Positions 20,634 through 29,367 of a DNA stretch of 61,551 bases are shown in pieces. Numbering within the stretch: the first letter of the stretch is position 1; every line of letters begins with the position of its first letter. The notes beneath the pieces were generated by a model that saw nothing but the letters and a program-made list of their open reading frames with translations, was not told the DNA's origin and did not search any database. The DNA is from Ignavibacteriota bacterium (GTDB lineage Bacteria; Bacteroidota; Ignavibacteria; UBA10030), in contig PLMS01000114.1 of the NCBI GenBank assembly GCA_003142575.1, positions 8,227 through 69,777 of the forward strand, in the 5' to 3' direction. A program made the translations under genes and the position numbers.

Positions 20634-20672
20634 AATCACCCAATCACTCAATCTCCAAATCACAAATCACTC
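20634..20672 (+). repeat. Octamer array (AATCACYC)n, 5 units
   Basis: AATCACCC AATCACTC AATCTCCA AATCACA AATCACTC, between the chaperone stop and the tape measure start. Confidence 0.85.
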
Positions 20673-21271
20673 TTCATTTTTTGCCGGTCTTCGTTCTGCT
20701 TTTTCTTGCATAATAAATAACTGTTTATAAATATCTTCAAGATTCATTTTCTTCACCAGATTGAACTTTGTGCCGTCGTTGCCGGAAAGCTCATAGGCAA
20801 TCCGGTCCTGCGAGCTAACGGGGCAATCTAACTCATCATCGGACTGGTCAAAGATTGCGGCGTACTTACTCCGAAGGCGCCGCTTCTCTGAAAAAAAAGA
20901 TTGACCAGCTCCGAGGCCTCTTTGCGACAATCCTGCTTTCCAAAGAAGATCATCTTCTCAGTTATATCCTTTGCATCAAATTCTTTTTCCTCTTCAACCA
21001 ATAAGGTTGCCATAATCCTTTGCGCGTAACCTTTCGCATAGACCCATGCATTCAACTTCATCGCATCGAAGCCGATTTGTAATAAATTTGTTTTTAAAGA
21101 TGTGGATGTCGGTTCTTGCTGCATGTCGACCATCGCGTTTGCCGATGAAGAAAGCAAAGTTGAATTTTCTTTCAACATCTCAAGAACGATGGGCGCCAGC
21201 AATTCATCCTGATCCAGCGAGAGAGCGAACCGAAACTTCCGTCCGCCTATTTCATAAATCTTTTGTTCCAT
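20667..21271 (-). CDS. Tail assembly chaperone pair (G-like 20828..21271; G-T extension to 20667 by -1 frameshift)
   Basis: Two overlapping minus-strand ORFs just upstream of the tape measure gene. The T8 run (plus-strand A8 at 20891-20898) reads C TTT TTT TTC in the ORF1 frame, giving a T_TTT_TTT slippery heptamer. The -1 frame continues ...FFSEKRRLRSKY... to 20667. Confidence 0.65.
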
Positions 21272-21293
21272 GCGAGCTCCTATATAATTGTAA

Positions 21294-21316
21294 GGGCAAG
21301 GTCACCTCGCCCCTAC
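21294..21316 (-). repeat. GTAGGGGC-hairpin element (reverse orientation)
   Basis: The minus strand reads GTAGGGGCGAGGTGACCTTGCCC. Lies between the tube gene stop and the chaperone start. Confidence 0.7.
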
Positions 21317-21362
21317 CGTTTACCTTTATTTGCGACGCACCTCCAAGGTGCACTGCAAATTG

Positions 21363-21773
21363 TTACGACAGCGTCAGCGTCAACAGATCTGTCTCGCTGC
21401 CTGCGAAGCCGGATCCCAGCAGAATACGTTTCCAATTTTTGGCGACTTCGGTCGGCTGCAACTCCACTATACCCATCACAAGTTTCAGCACCAGCGATTG
21501 CGCCGTATTAATACCTGTGATCTTTACATAAAACGGTGTCGAAGCTGCCTCATATCCGCGAAGTGTTGCCCATGGTGTATCATTCAGATCTTTACAGACG
21601 ATCGTAAAATCGACCGATTTGCCGGTTGAACCGACGCGTCCAGCCGCATCTTCTTCTGTCGGAGTTTTGAATGTGATTTTTGTCTCTTTCATCACGCCCT
21701 GAAGCTCCGTGCCTGGAAAACTATTTGTCGCAGCAAATTCGAACTTGCTGATACCGCCTGGAAATAATATCAT
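21363..21773 (-). CDS. Tail tube-like protein (short paralog)
   Basis: 136 aa, just upstream of the chaperones. The N-terminus MILFPGGISKFEFA...KTPTEEDAAG parallels the 287-aa neighbour. Confidence 0.5.
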   Translation of the reverse strand: MILFPGGISKFEFAATNSFPGTELQGVMKETKITFKTPTEEDAAGRVGSTGKSVDFTIVCKDLNDTPWATLRGYEAASTPFYVKITGINTAQSLVLKLVMGIVELQPTEVAKNWKRILLGSGFAGSETDLLTLTLS

Positions 21774-21816
21774 GACTTGCTCCTTTTAATTTGTGGTTAT
21801 TTATTTGCTTGTCTTC

Positions 21817-21870
21817 TCAATCGTTCAATGACTCAATCATTCAATGACTCAATCGCTAAATCTCTCAATA
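21817..21870 (+). repeat. Octamer array, variant unit TCAATSNY, about 7 units
   Basis: TCAATCGT TCAATGAC TCAATCAT TCAATGAC TCAATCGC TAAATCTC TCAATA. Confidence 0.8.
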
Positions 21871-21873
21871 GTT

Positions 21874-22737
21874 TTACATAGTCAAACTTATCAAATGGCT
21901 TTCGTCCACTGCAACTCCGCTGCCTGTTACCTTCATCGCATTAAATTTCCCGATCTCATTCTCTTCAAATTCAACCTGTGCTAAAACATTATTTACAATA
22001 ATGTTCGGAATGCCGAATCTCATATCATCGAACTTTAAAGTAAGTGCACCTAAGTCCGACACCTGCGCAATTCCCCAACTTGCTATAACGGTTGCAGAGG
22101 GGGAGGATATTGTCAATGTGATATTTACGAGCGTCCAAACTCCAGCTGATAATGCCGGTAAGTATGCATATCCGAAAAGTCCAGTTCCACCTGCTTGAGA
22201 ATAAAAATTTATTTTCAATTGGTTAGCTGGGACATCTATACTACTCTTGACCCAGAAATTCCTTACGGTCCCATTAATATTAATAGGCGTATCGAAGTTC
22301 ACACCACCCAATACACCGACTCCGGCATTATCTGCTATTGTTAGAATTCTCGAATGCGTGCCAACCACACAATCTGTGCTCACATCAACCGTTACACCGG
22401 TGAATGTAAAGCTGGATAATCCTGACTCGCAATCATCTATCAACGCGCCTTGCTTTAATATTGTTGTAAACCGAAAATATAATGGTGTGGCGGCAATCTC
22501 TGCAGCCTTCAGCAATGCATAAGCGGACCCGGCGGCATTATCTACATTCGCACTGCGGATGCTAATATCCATTTGTTTCAGCACAGCACCGATCGTGCCA
22601 TCCGCAAACTCTTCTGTCGGTGTCTTTGGTACAATACTTGTGCCGGCTTTCAAAAGTTTGGTTATTTGAGTTGCAGTTGGAAACGCCGGATCGCTGTCGA
22701 ACTCTACTAAACTAAAACCACCTGGTACTGTTTTCAT
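21874..22737 (-). CDS. Tail tube-like protein (long paralog with about 150-aa insertion)
   Basis: MKTVPGGFSLVEFD...KTPTEEFADG and the C-terminal ...MKVTGSGVAV...LISLTM align with the ends of the 136-aa ORF. The middle part has no counterpart. Confidence 0.5.
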   Translation of the reverse strand: MKTVPGGFSLVEFDSDPAFPTATQITKLLKAGTSIVPKTPTEEFADGTIGAVLKQMDISIRSANVDNAAGSAYALLKAAEIAATPLYFRFTTILKQGALIDDCESGLSSFTFTGVTVDVSTDCVVGTHSRILTIADNAGVGVLGGVNFDTPININGTVRNFWVKSSIDVPANQLKINFYSQAGGTGLFGYAYLPALSAGVWTLVNITLTISSPSATVIASWGIAQVSDLGALTLKFDDMRFGIPNIIVNNVLAQVEFEENEIGKFNAMKVTGSGVAVDESHLISLTM

Positions 22738-22760
22738 ATATTCACCTCGTTTTATTTTCT

Positions 22761-22792
22761 AATCACTAAATCACCCAATCACTCAATCACAC
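22761..22792 (+). repeat. Octamer array, 4 units
   Basis: AATCACTA AATCACCC AATCACTC AATCACAC. Confidence 0.85.
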
Positions 22793-22800
22793 AATTTTAT

Positions 22801-23232
22801 TCAATCATACACCGAGAACACAACGGCATACACCACAAGCCCATCGCCGCCATCGATAGGTTCAATCGATTTTAAACCAAACATTACCGGTTCACCATCG
22901 ACCGTCAATACTTTTCCATCGTACAGAGTTCTGATGTCATCTATGATCGAAAGACAATTACGCTGAGCTTTATATTTTCGCAGCAATGTTGCAGCTCCGA
23001 CGATAAGTATAAACTGATGCTCTAATATTCCGCTTCCGCCTGCAGCATCGCGTTCGGTCTCAACAGGCTTTGGCATACGATATGATCCGATCACGAAGGG
23101 AGTAAGTATAATCAATTCCTGAAGAGTCTTTACGCTAAACTCACCTTCCATCACGTCCACGGTTTTTAGACCGGTGACTTTCGCTTTTACATCCGCTATC
23201 AGCGCATCCTGTGTATTTGCAATCGAGATCAT
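22801..23232 (-). CDS. Mu gp37-like (DUF1834-like) head-tail completion protein
   Basis: 143 aa. Position and N-terminus (ALIADVKAKVTGLKTVDVMEGEF) resemble Mu gp37-family proteins from memory. Confidence 0.45.
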   Translation of the reverse strand: MISIANTQDALIADVKAKVTGLKTVDVMEGEFSVKTLQELIILTPFVIGSYRMPKPVETERDAAGGSGILEHQFILIVGAATLLRKYKAQRNCLSIIDDIRTLYDGKVLTVDGEPVMFGLKSIEPIDGGDGLVVYAVVFSVYD

Positions 23233-23786
23233 GACGGCTGCCTAATAATATAATCGCATAGAATTTGTCCCATTGTCTCGCTCGCATCATCTGGGACATA
23301 TGTATAGTTGTAAGGGAATAGCTTCGTTGCATGCGCACCGAATTTCATTCCACGAAGCCCAACATCTTCTTCCGTTCCTGTTTTAAATTGTCCCTTGTGA
23401 ATTCCCCTTGACTTTCTTTTGCGGAAAAATATTTCTTGTCGTTGATAATGTTGTATCTCAGCGCCAAAATTAAGAGCTGCAAGAATTCTCGGATCGGTTA
23501 AATGCTTCCTTCCAACTGCAGATGGCCCGACATTAACACCATCCGGCGTTACTTCATAATCTATCGAGTTCCTTAACGTTCCACTATCTCGCAGCGTCTG
23601 GCCGCCATGTCTTTGCACACGCTGGGATTCCGGCCAGGTATCGGGCCTGCCGCCTTCATCAAAATTCTTTTTCATTTCACTACTCATGAACATCCCGATT
23701 TCTGCGAGGGGTTTCGAAAGATCGCCCGCGCGCGCCAGCATCTCGCCGAGAGTTCTATTGAGATTTGTAAAATTTGAATTACCCAT
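23229..23786 (-). CDS. Phage virion morphogenesis protein (Mu G-like)
   Basis: LGEMLARAGDLSKPLAEIGMFMSSEMKKNFDEGGRPDTWPES is typical of the Mu G / virion-morphogenesis family. 4-nt overlap with the next gene. Confidence 0.6.
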   Translation of the reverse strand: MGNSNFTNLNRTLGEMLARAGDLSKPLAEIGMFMSSEMKKNFDEGGRPDTWPESQRVQRHGGQTLRDSGTLRNSIDYEVTPDGVNVGPSAVGRKHLTDPRILAALNFGAEIQHYQRQEIFFRKRKSRGIHKGQFKTGTEEDVGLRGMKFGAHATKLFPYNYTYVPDDASETMGQILCDYIIRQPS

Positions 23787-23793
23787 ATTGTTT

Positions 23794-23833
23794 AATCACC
23801 CAATCACTCAATCGCTCAATCACCAAATCGCAT
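23794..23833 (+). repeat. Octamer array, 5 units
   Basis: AATCACCC AATCACTC AATCGCTC AATCACCA AATCGCAT. Confidence 0.85.
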
Positions 23834-23835
23834 TA

Positions 23836-24231
23836 TTACTTCTTTGTTTTTGCGACGGGGTTCTCCACCACCTCATTATCCTCGATCACGGATTCTTTTA
23901 TCGCATCGACCGACGCGCCGGTGAGCTTACAATACAGTGATATGATTACCGAATTCCCGATCGGCAGCCACCCTTGCGCACTCAAGTGTTCAAAATGTTT
24001 TTTAAGTATCGACTTCTCGAGTTTACCAAAAATAACATCTTTATCTTTTGCTTTTTTCTCACTCCAAGTGAGTCCGGATTTTCCATCACTCCTCAATTGT
24101 ATGCGGCGCACTTCATCGTTTTTTATTTCCACCTTTTCACGTATCATCGGCAAGGCGACCGCATTTTCGATACTGCCGGTGGACGGCAAATTGTTTATGA
24201 TCATAAGTCGTTCGAATATAGAGAGTTTCAT
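23836..24231 (-). CDS. Hypothetical head-completion region protein
   Basis: 131-aa ORF in the late arm, on the same strand as its neighbours. No recognisable motif. Confidence 0.35.
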   Translation of the reverse strand: MKLSIFERLMIINNLPSTGSIENAVALPMIREKVEIKNDEVRRIQLRSDGKSGLTWSEKKAKDKDVIFGKLEKSILKKHFEHLSAQGWLPIGNSVIISLYCKLTGASVDAIKESVIEDNEVVENPVAKTKK

Positions 24232-24412
24232 TGGTTTCTCCTTTTTAACTTGACTTTCTCATGCCCAATTCTTAGCTTTCTTAAAGAGTTTCGTCACCGA
24301 CTGATGCACCTAACAAAAACTGAAAATAATATGTCCGCTGTCTTTCTGCGTAACTCTCTCCTTAGTCGGTGATAGACTCGGAGAGGCGGCGGACTTCATT
24401 TTGGAGGTCGTT

Positions 24413-24817
24413 ATGAAAAAATCTCTATTCATTCTCGTTCTTTCTTTACTGCTCATCTCTTGCAAAGAGAAAGATAACATTGTCTCGGTTCCGCAAGAAC
24501 CAGATTACAAAGAATATGTCGCGCTCGTTTATCAAAACGGAATCAAAGCTCCAGTCCCAACTATACTCTCCAATACATTCTCAGATACTCTCATTTGGTC
24601 TCGTCAATCTATCGGAACATATCTTGTAACATCAAAGCATGAGTTCACAATAGATAAAACTATAATATTAATCTCAGGTGGAATGGGAGAGGGTGAACTC
24701 ATACAATCCTTTTGGTATGATGGTACTCGTATCATGATTTATACATTTTCTTCAAATGGGACATCGGAAGACAATCTCCTTGCAAATGCTTCTGTAATGA
24801 TTCGTGTTTATAAATAA
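24413..24817 (+). CDS. Small lipoprotein, opposite-strand moron
   Basis: GGAGG lies 5 nt before ATG 24413. MKKSLFILVLSLLLISC is a signal peptide plus lipobox. It is the only plus-strand gene inside the minus-strand late arm. Confidence 0.6.
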   Translation: MKKSLFILVLSLLLISCKEKDNIVSVPQEPDYKEYVALVYQNGIKAPVPTILSNTFSDTLIWSRQSIGTYLVTSKHEFTIDKTIILISGGMGEGELIQSFWYDGTRIMIYTFSSNGTSEDNLLANASVMIRVYK

Positions 24818-24844
24818 TATTGCGTTTCAGTTTCATTGTTTCTC

Positions 24845-26554
24845 TTAGGGCGTTGAATAAAGATTATACGTCACGCCATTAATTGTTATCGGTATAATAT
24901 ATACCTGTGTAGTTACTGCACCGCCAGACGATCCGGCGACATAAAGACTTGCTCCAGAATGTGATCCAAAACTTGCACCATGACTCGCTGGTGCAGCCCA
25001 AGATGTCCAAGGTGTGCCGGTTACATATCCTGCACTTGCATGATTGCCCCAACCATAAGCTGTATTCCAATTCGATATTGCAAGATTACTTCCTGTGACC
25101 GCACCTGTGAAAGTTCCCGCACCAGCATTATATACGTCGCCTGCCGCACCATAGAAAGAATAATTGGAAGTTCCACCGATGGCATAGCCATAAACAGCAT
25201 AATTATTCCCACTCCCAGTAGCATGAAAAGCACCTGCATAAGCATTGGGATAACCAGTCGAGACGCCATAAATAGCATTTAAACCATCAACTGTTGTAGA
25301 AGAAAATAATACGCCATCAGTTATTGTTATACCGGGAAAAGATGAAGAGACATTCGATCCAATTCTCACTTTCGATCCACTCGCCTCAAAAAACTCCAAC
25401 TCATTGTCGGAACTTCGCATCTCAACTCGCTTGCCCGAAGCCGCTGTTTGAAATGTAAACCCTGTAAATGTTCCCGCCGTTACTTGCCCTGCTATGATAT
25501 TTCCTGCATATACACCAGAACCGTCCATATAGACCGAGACAATATCCCACGTCGTGCCATTCCAACGGTTCATTTTATACTGACCGGGAACATATGTGTT
25601 AAACCAAAAATCTCCTACTCTCGGCGAGACTGGCGCCGTGCTGCTGTAATATGTCTTATTTCCAAGATCACCACCAGTTATAAAACCAGCGTCATTATTA
25701 AATCCGGAAATATTAATCGAGCCTTGATTGGTCATTACAACCTTACCTTTTATATACACATTGCTTCCGTAAAATCCATAACCGGTTAATGCACCGCCAA
25801 AATCTGCATCAGTGATGCCGTTAAGATTTCCAAATCTTGCTTTTACGACGCAGCCGGTTGCGGGATGTCCGGTCCATGTTACTGTTTGTGCATATGGACT
25901 ATTGGCGCCATTGACTCCATCGACAGCAGTTACTTCGTAATATCCGTTTCCGCTCACGCCGTAATCGAGCGCAACCGTTCCTTTGGGAATTGTCCCGGAA
26001 CCGGTGCCGGCATTGGGTGCTGCAGACCGTGTAAAACTATACGTCTGTGTTGTGGGGTTTGCATTTGCATTTCTCGATGAGTACATAACCGTTCCCCATA
26101 CATCCGCAACGGTGATCGAGGTATTATCAGCGCGACTCATGATCCGCAGACGAACAATATCTCCCTGGGCAAAAACATGTCCGAGAAAATTGGCAAATTC
26201 TTGCACAACTAATGGCGATGATGCGCCTGCAGACGGGACTGTAAAGTCAGCCGCTACCGGACTGCTTGACGGGGAAATAATCTCCGAACCATTCATTGCC
26301 CGCTCTATATCTGTAACAAAAACTTTTACATGCATTTGATCTGCATAGAGGTATCGGAAGTCTCCCTCACCCGCTGCGGATATTCTATAGCCGGTCATTT
26401 GCGAAACATAACTATTGCTGCTTATGCCGCCGCAATTTGTTATCGCATTATTCGCAGAGCTGCCGACAGTTATCATTGAAAAACCGAATTGACCCGCACC
26501 CGGGTCCTTAAATGCTGCCTTGCGTCCTGTTTTTTCAAATATTGGAATTTTCAT
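24845..26554 (-). CDS. Fibre-like Gly/Ser/Thr/Ala-rich structural protein
   Basis: 569 aa. Contains fibre-type segments (GNIIAGQVTAGTFTGFTF, repeated GxxG/YG stretches). Sits in the head-completion region rather than at the tail end. Confidence 0.45.
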   Translation of the reverse strand: MKIPIFEKTGRKAAFKDPGAGQFGFSMITVGSSANNAITNCGGISSNSYVSQMTGYRISAAGEGDFRYLYADQMHVKVFVTDIERAMNGSEIISPSSSPVAADFTVPSAGASSPLVVQEFANFLGHVFAQGDIVRLRIMSRADNTSITVADVWGTVMYSSRNANANPTTQTYSFTRSAAPNAGTGSGTIPKGTVALDYGVSGNGYYEVTAVDGVNGANSPYAQTVTWTGHPATGCVVKARFGNLNGITDADFGGALTGYGFYGSNVYIKGKVVMTNQGSINISGFNNDAGFITGGDLGNKTYYSSTAPVSPRVGDFWFNTYVPGQYKMNRWNGTTWDIVSVYMDGSGVYAGNIIAGQVTAGTFTGFTFQTAASGKRVEMRSSDNELEFFEASGSKVRIGSNVSSSFPGITITDGVLFSSTTVDGLNAIYGVSTGYPNAYAGAFHATGSGNNYAVYGYAIGGTSNYSFYGAAGDVYNAGAGTFTGAVTGSNLAISNWNTAYGWGNHASAGYVTGTPWTSWAAPASHGASFGSHSGASLYVAGSSGGAVTTQVYIIPITINGVTYNLYSTP

Positions 26555-26565
26555 TTTATCTTTTC

Positions 26566-26629
26566 AATCACCCAATCACCAATTCACTCAATCTCCCACT
26601 CACCCGATTACTCAATCTCCCAATCACTC
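26566..26629 (+). repeat. Octamer array, 8 units
   Basis: AATCACCC AATCACC AATTCACTC AATCTCCC ACTCACCC GATTACTC AATCTCCC AATCACTC. Confidence 0.85.
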
Positions 26630-26640
26630 ATTTTTTTTCA

Positions 26641-28107
26641 TCACCATTCTATTCTTTTCTTACCGCCAACCCATCCACCCGTGTTTGTCACACTTGCGGG
26701 TGGAGTTATTGCTCCATCAATTACGGCTTTGCCAGCAGCTACTTTTTGTAAAAAGGAATCTGAATTGTCGAACATTTTACGATATGTCTCCGGCACATCG
26801 CCGCCGGTATTCATGGATCGTTTTTCAAACAATTTAAACGTCGCGAGATCTGCGCTCAGACTTCTCACCTTCGATGGAACGGGATTCATCGGCACAATAT
26901 ATTTTTTGGCGGCATAACTATTTATATGATCGTCAGCCCATTCTATCGCCTCATCGATGACGGATTGAATAACGATTGTTTCAGAATCGCCGGTAAGCTG
27001 GCGGAGCTGCTCGAGACTTATCCGCGCCGGTGCAATATCGCCGTCGGCAGATCCATCCTGCGTGCAATAACCATCATACTGTGGTGCAGCTTCCGCTTCG
27101 ATCGATGCAGCTGGAATTCTTGTTTGCAGAAGTCCGATCACTGTGATCTTCGCGCAAGCTAATGCGGCCGAAAGATTGCCATCAACATCAACGGATTGGA
27201 TCGTAAACGTTTTCGATCCCACTATATCACTGAACCATCGGCAAGATTGGAACGATCCTTCGTAAACAATTTCTCCACTATCAGAAGTTACTCGTGTCTT
27301 CATCCAGCGTGTAGTTTTGAAGTCTACCCAGGAAAGAATCACCGATAAATTATCCAAGCTTTTTGTCGCGATAATTTCGGTAGGTATGCCCAAATCGAGA
27401 GTATTAATATTTTTTGTAATATCTGGACGTCCAAAACCATCCGCTTCCGTCCAGAGAGGATAAAGACTGCATATCTGTCTTAGATGTTGGCGTGCATCGT
27501 AATAATTATATTCCGGATGCGCATCGATGATCGCTGCAAGTTTCGACGCAACAACACCGACCGCTATACTCTCACCGATTATTAACCAATCGGAAAGAAA
27601 GTCGAAAAGCTCTAATCCCGGTCCCCATGACATAGTATTGTACGCTTCACCCCATCCACAGGTAATCGCACTATAAAGATATGGTGGTGCTTGTGGATAT
27701 GTAATTGGATCAGCATAACGATTATTATCGTCTGCATCATGCCCTGCGACAATATAGATGCCGGCATCATGCATCTGATCAATATTGAATTTATCTGAAA
27801 AAGCAGCTGAGACGGGTTCGACAGCGATTAAATAATTATTGGCAATTAAGTATTCTCCGAAATTACTACCATTGTCACATTTATAATAGTCGGGCGGGTT
27901 GTTGATTTGTGCATAACTAGTTGCATCGATAATCAAATCGAAATCCCAACCTGAAGGCATGCCACTAAGAAATGCTGCTCTCACGGCGTTGGAATGCGAA
28001 AGAACGCTGCCGACCCATGTAGCTGATATGCCTACTTTTTTTGACATGATATTTTTATTTGTAGGAACACAATATATTATGCCCGCTTTTGTAGGGACAC
28101 GATACAT
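26641..28107 (-). CDS. Mu gp36-like (DUF1320) adaptor domain fused to about 330-aa N-terminal domain(s)
   Basis: The C-terminal YCTQDG...ISLEQLRQLTGD...AIEWADDHINSYAAKKYIVPM...LSADLATFKLF matches the DUF1320/gp36 pattern. The start is uncertain: the first 20 codons translate the hairpin repeat, and an alternative ATG lies at 28047 (MSKKVGIS). Confidence 0.55.
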   Translation of the reverse strand: MYRVPTKAGIIYCVPTNKNIMSKKVGISATWVGSVLSHSNAVRAAFLSGMPSGWDFDLIIDATSYAQINNPPDYYKCDNGSNFGEYLIANNYLIAVEPVSAAFSDKFNIDQMHDAGIYIVAGHDADDNNRYADPITYPQAPPYLYSAITCGWGEAYNTMSWGPGLELFDFLSDWLIIGESIAVGVVASKLAAIIDAHPEYNYYDARQHLRQICSLYPLWTEADGFGRPDITKNINTLDLGIPTEIIATKSLDNLSVILSWVDFKTTRWMKTRVTSDSGEIVYEGSFQSCRWFSDIVGSKTFTIQSVDVDGNLSAALACAKITVIGLLQTRIPAASIEAEAAPQYDGYCTQDGSADGDIAPARISLEQLRQLTGDSETIVIQSVIDEAIEWADDHINSYAAKKYIVPMNPVPSKVRSLSADLATFKLFEKRSMNTGGDVPETYRKMFDNSDSFLQKVAAGKAVIDGAITPPASVTNTGGWVGGKKRIEW

Positions 28108-28114
28108 CGTGTCC
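28061..28114 (+). repeat. GTAGGGGC-hairpin elements, tandem pair (first degenerate)
   Basis: GTAGGAACACAATATATTATGCCC, then GTAGGGACACGATACATCGTGTCC. Confidence 0.7.
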
Positions 28115-28222
28115 GCTTTATCTTTTAGAAATCCGGAGAGGTGTTACTCCTCTCCGGACTTGAAGGAGGCTCACCGTCCCGCCGGCTATTGGGAACCGAC
28201 GAGACGTTCAGCATCCTTAAAA

Positions 28223-28257
28223 CTCTCCCCCTTTTCTAGGGGGAGAAATAGAGGGGG
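28223..28257 (+). repeat. TCTCCCCC-hairpin / purine mirror element, copy B
   Basis: CTCTCCCCC-TTTTCTA-GGGGGAGA-AATAGAGGGGG. Confidence 0.7.
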
Positions 28258-28258
28258 T

Positions 28259-29257
28259 TTAGCTTGCGCCTGTGCTACCATACGTGAGCTGATGCAAACC
28301 GACACCTGCATTCCATCTTACACGCACGCCATAAATATAGAGATCATGCATGAAGACAAGATCGCTCTGATTCGGATTTGTCTTCTCGACAAATTCCGGA
28401 GCAATACGCGTCTGATGAATGAGCGGCATCAAACCGGCAAATGGCCGGATAAGGAACCATGCCGTTGCGCTTGTGATCTGCGGACTTACAACTAAGTCGG
28501 CTGAATTTTTCCACGGGTTGTTTTGAGTGCTGCCGCTGGCAATAGAAATAAAATCAGCATTCAAACCGGTCCGTGCTTTTTCATCCATTTCCGGACCTAC
28601 AACAAGAATATCTCTTTCGCTGCCGTAGAAGAGCGGGCGTCCTTCACTATCCTTCACACGTCCCAAAGCGGCTTTGGCAATTGCATAACTGCCTCCGGTT
28701 GCGAAACTCAATGCGGCTACAGCTGTATTTGATCCACTCGCATGATTGGCCGAATAAAGAGTATAACCGTCGTAACTTTTTATAGTAGTGAATCCACCGT
28801 TGAGTAATCCGAATATAAGTTCATCCGGATGCAGCCGAACGGACGTTCCCATAGCAGCCATCATCATTCCATAGACACCGTATTGATCGTCTTCAATTGC
28901 AGCGCGTTCGACCTGCACGGTGCTTTCGAATGTTTTATTTCTAATAGTATAATTATTTGCTGCTAATTTTTTAATCTGGCGTTCGCCGATGAACTCGCGC
29001 AGTTTCGGCCACGCGCCAAGCCATGCATATCCTTGGTCCAATGTTGTCGATGGAATTTCCATCGCAATTTTTTGCCATTGCGGCTGGGCTGCAGAGAGCG
29101 CTTGATTAAAAATCGTGTTCCATGATTTATAAAGTCCCTGGATGTTTGCAGGATTAATAACTATTCCCGCTGCAAGCATTCCGACCGCGCCCGCCGGATG
29201 CGCAAAGAATGCGACAAACGCAAGCACGATCAAAGTCCATTTCAAAATTCGTTTCAT
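28259..29257 (-). CDS. Major capsid protein, Mu gpT family
   Basis: NIQGLYKSWNTIFNQAL...YAWLGAWPKLREFIGERQIKKLAANNYTIRNKTFESTVQVERAAIEDDQYGVY closely follows the Mu gpT pattern. AAGGAG lies 7 nt before ATG 29257. That ATG adds a hydrophobic 26-aa extension; Met27 is an alternative start. Confidence 0.85.
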   Translation of the reverse strand: MKRILKWTLIVLAFVAFFAHPAGAVGMLAAGIVINPANIQGLYKSWNTIFNQALSAAQPQWQKIAMEIPSTTLDQGYAWLGAWPKLREFIGERQIKKLAANNYTIRNKTFESTVQVERAAIEDDQYGVYGMMMAAMGTSVRLHPDELIFGLLNGGFTTIKSYDGYTLYSANHASGSNTAVAALSFATGGSYAIAKAALGRVKDSEGRPLFYGSERDILVVGPEMDEKARTGLNADFISIASGSTQNNPWKNSADLVVSPQITSATAWFLIRPFAGLMPLIHQTRIAPEFVEKTNPNQSDLVFMHDLYIYGVRVRWNAGVGLHQLTYGSTGAS

Positions 29258-29297
29258 ACTGCTTCTCCTTAAATTGTTTGTTTTGTTTTTTATTTTC

Positions 29298-29361
29298 CAT
29301 CACTCAATCGCCCAGTCACCCAATCTCCTCCCCTTATTTCTAAGGGGAGGGAAGGGTGGGG
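29298..29361 (+). repeat. Octamer array (4 units) merging into TCTCCCCC-type hairpin copy C with a G-quadruplex motif
   Basis: CATCACTC AATCGCCC AGTCACCC AATCTCCT, then CTCCCC-TTATTTCTAA-GGGGAG. GGGGAGGGAAGGGTGGGG lies at 29344-29361. Confidence 0.8.
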
Positions 29362-29367
29362 TTGTTT

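Noticed and set aside
26489-26917. Plus-strand ORFs 26489..26917, 26512..26751 and 26520..26837 (SITQSPIHSISHSP..., NHPITNSLNLPLT..., QSPNHQFTQSPTHPITQSPNHS...)
   Set aside because: They are translations of the octamer array in three frames and run antisense to the well-supported gp36-like gene. They are artefacts of the repeat.
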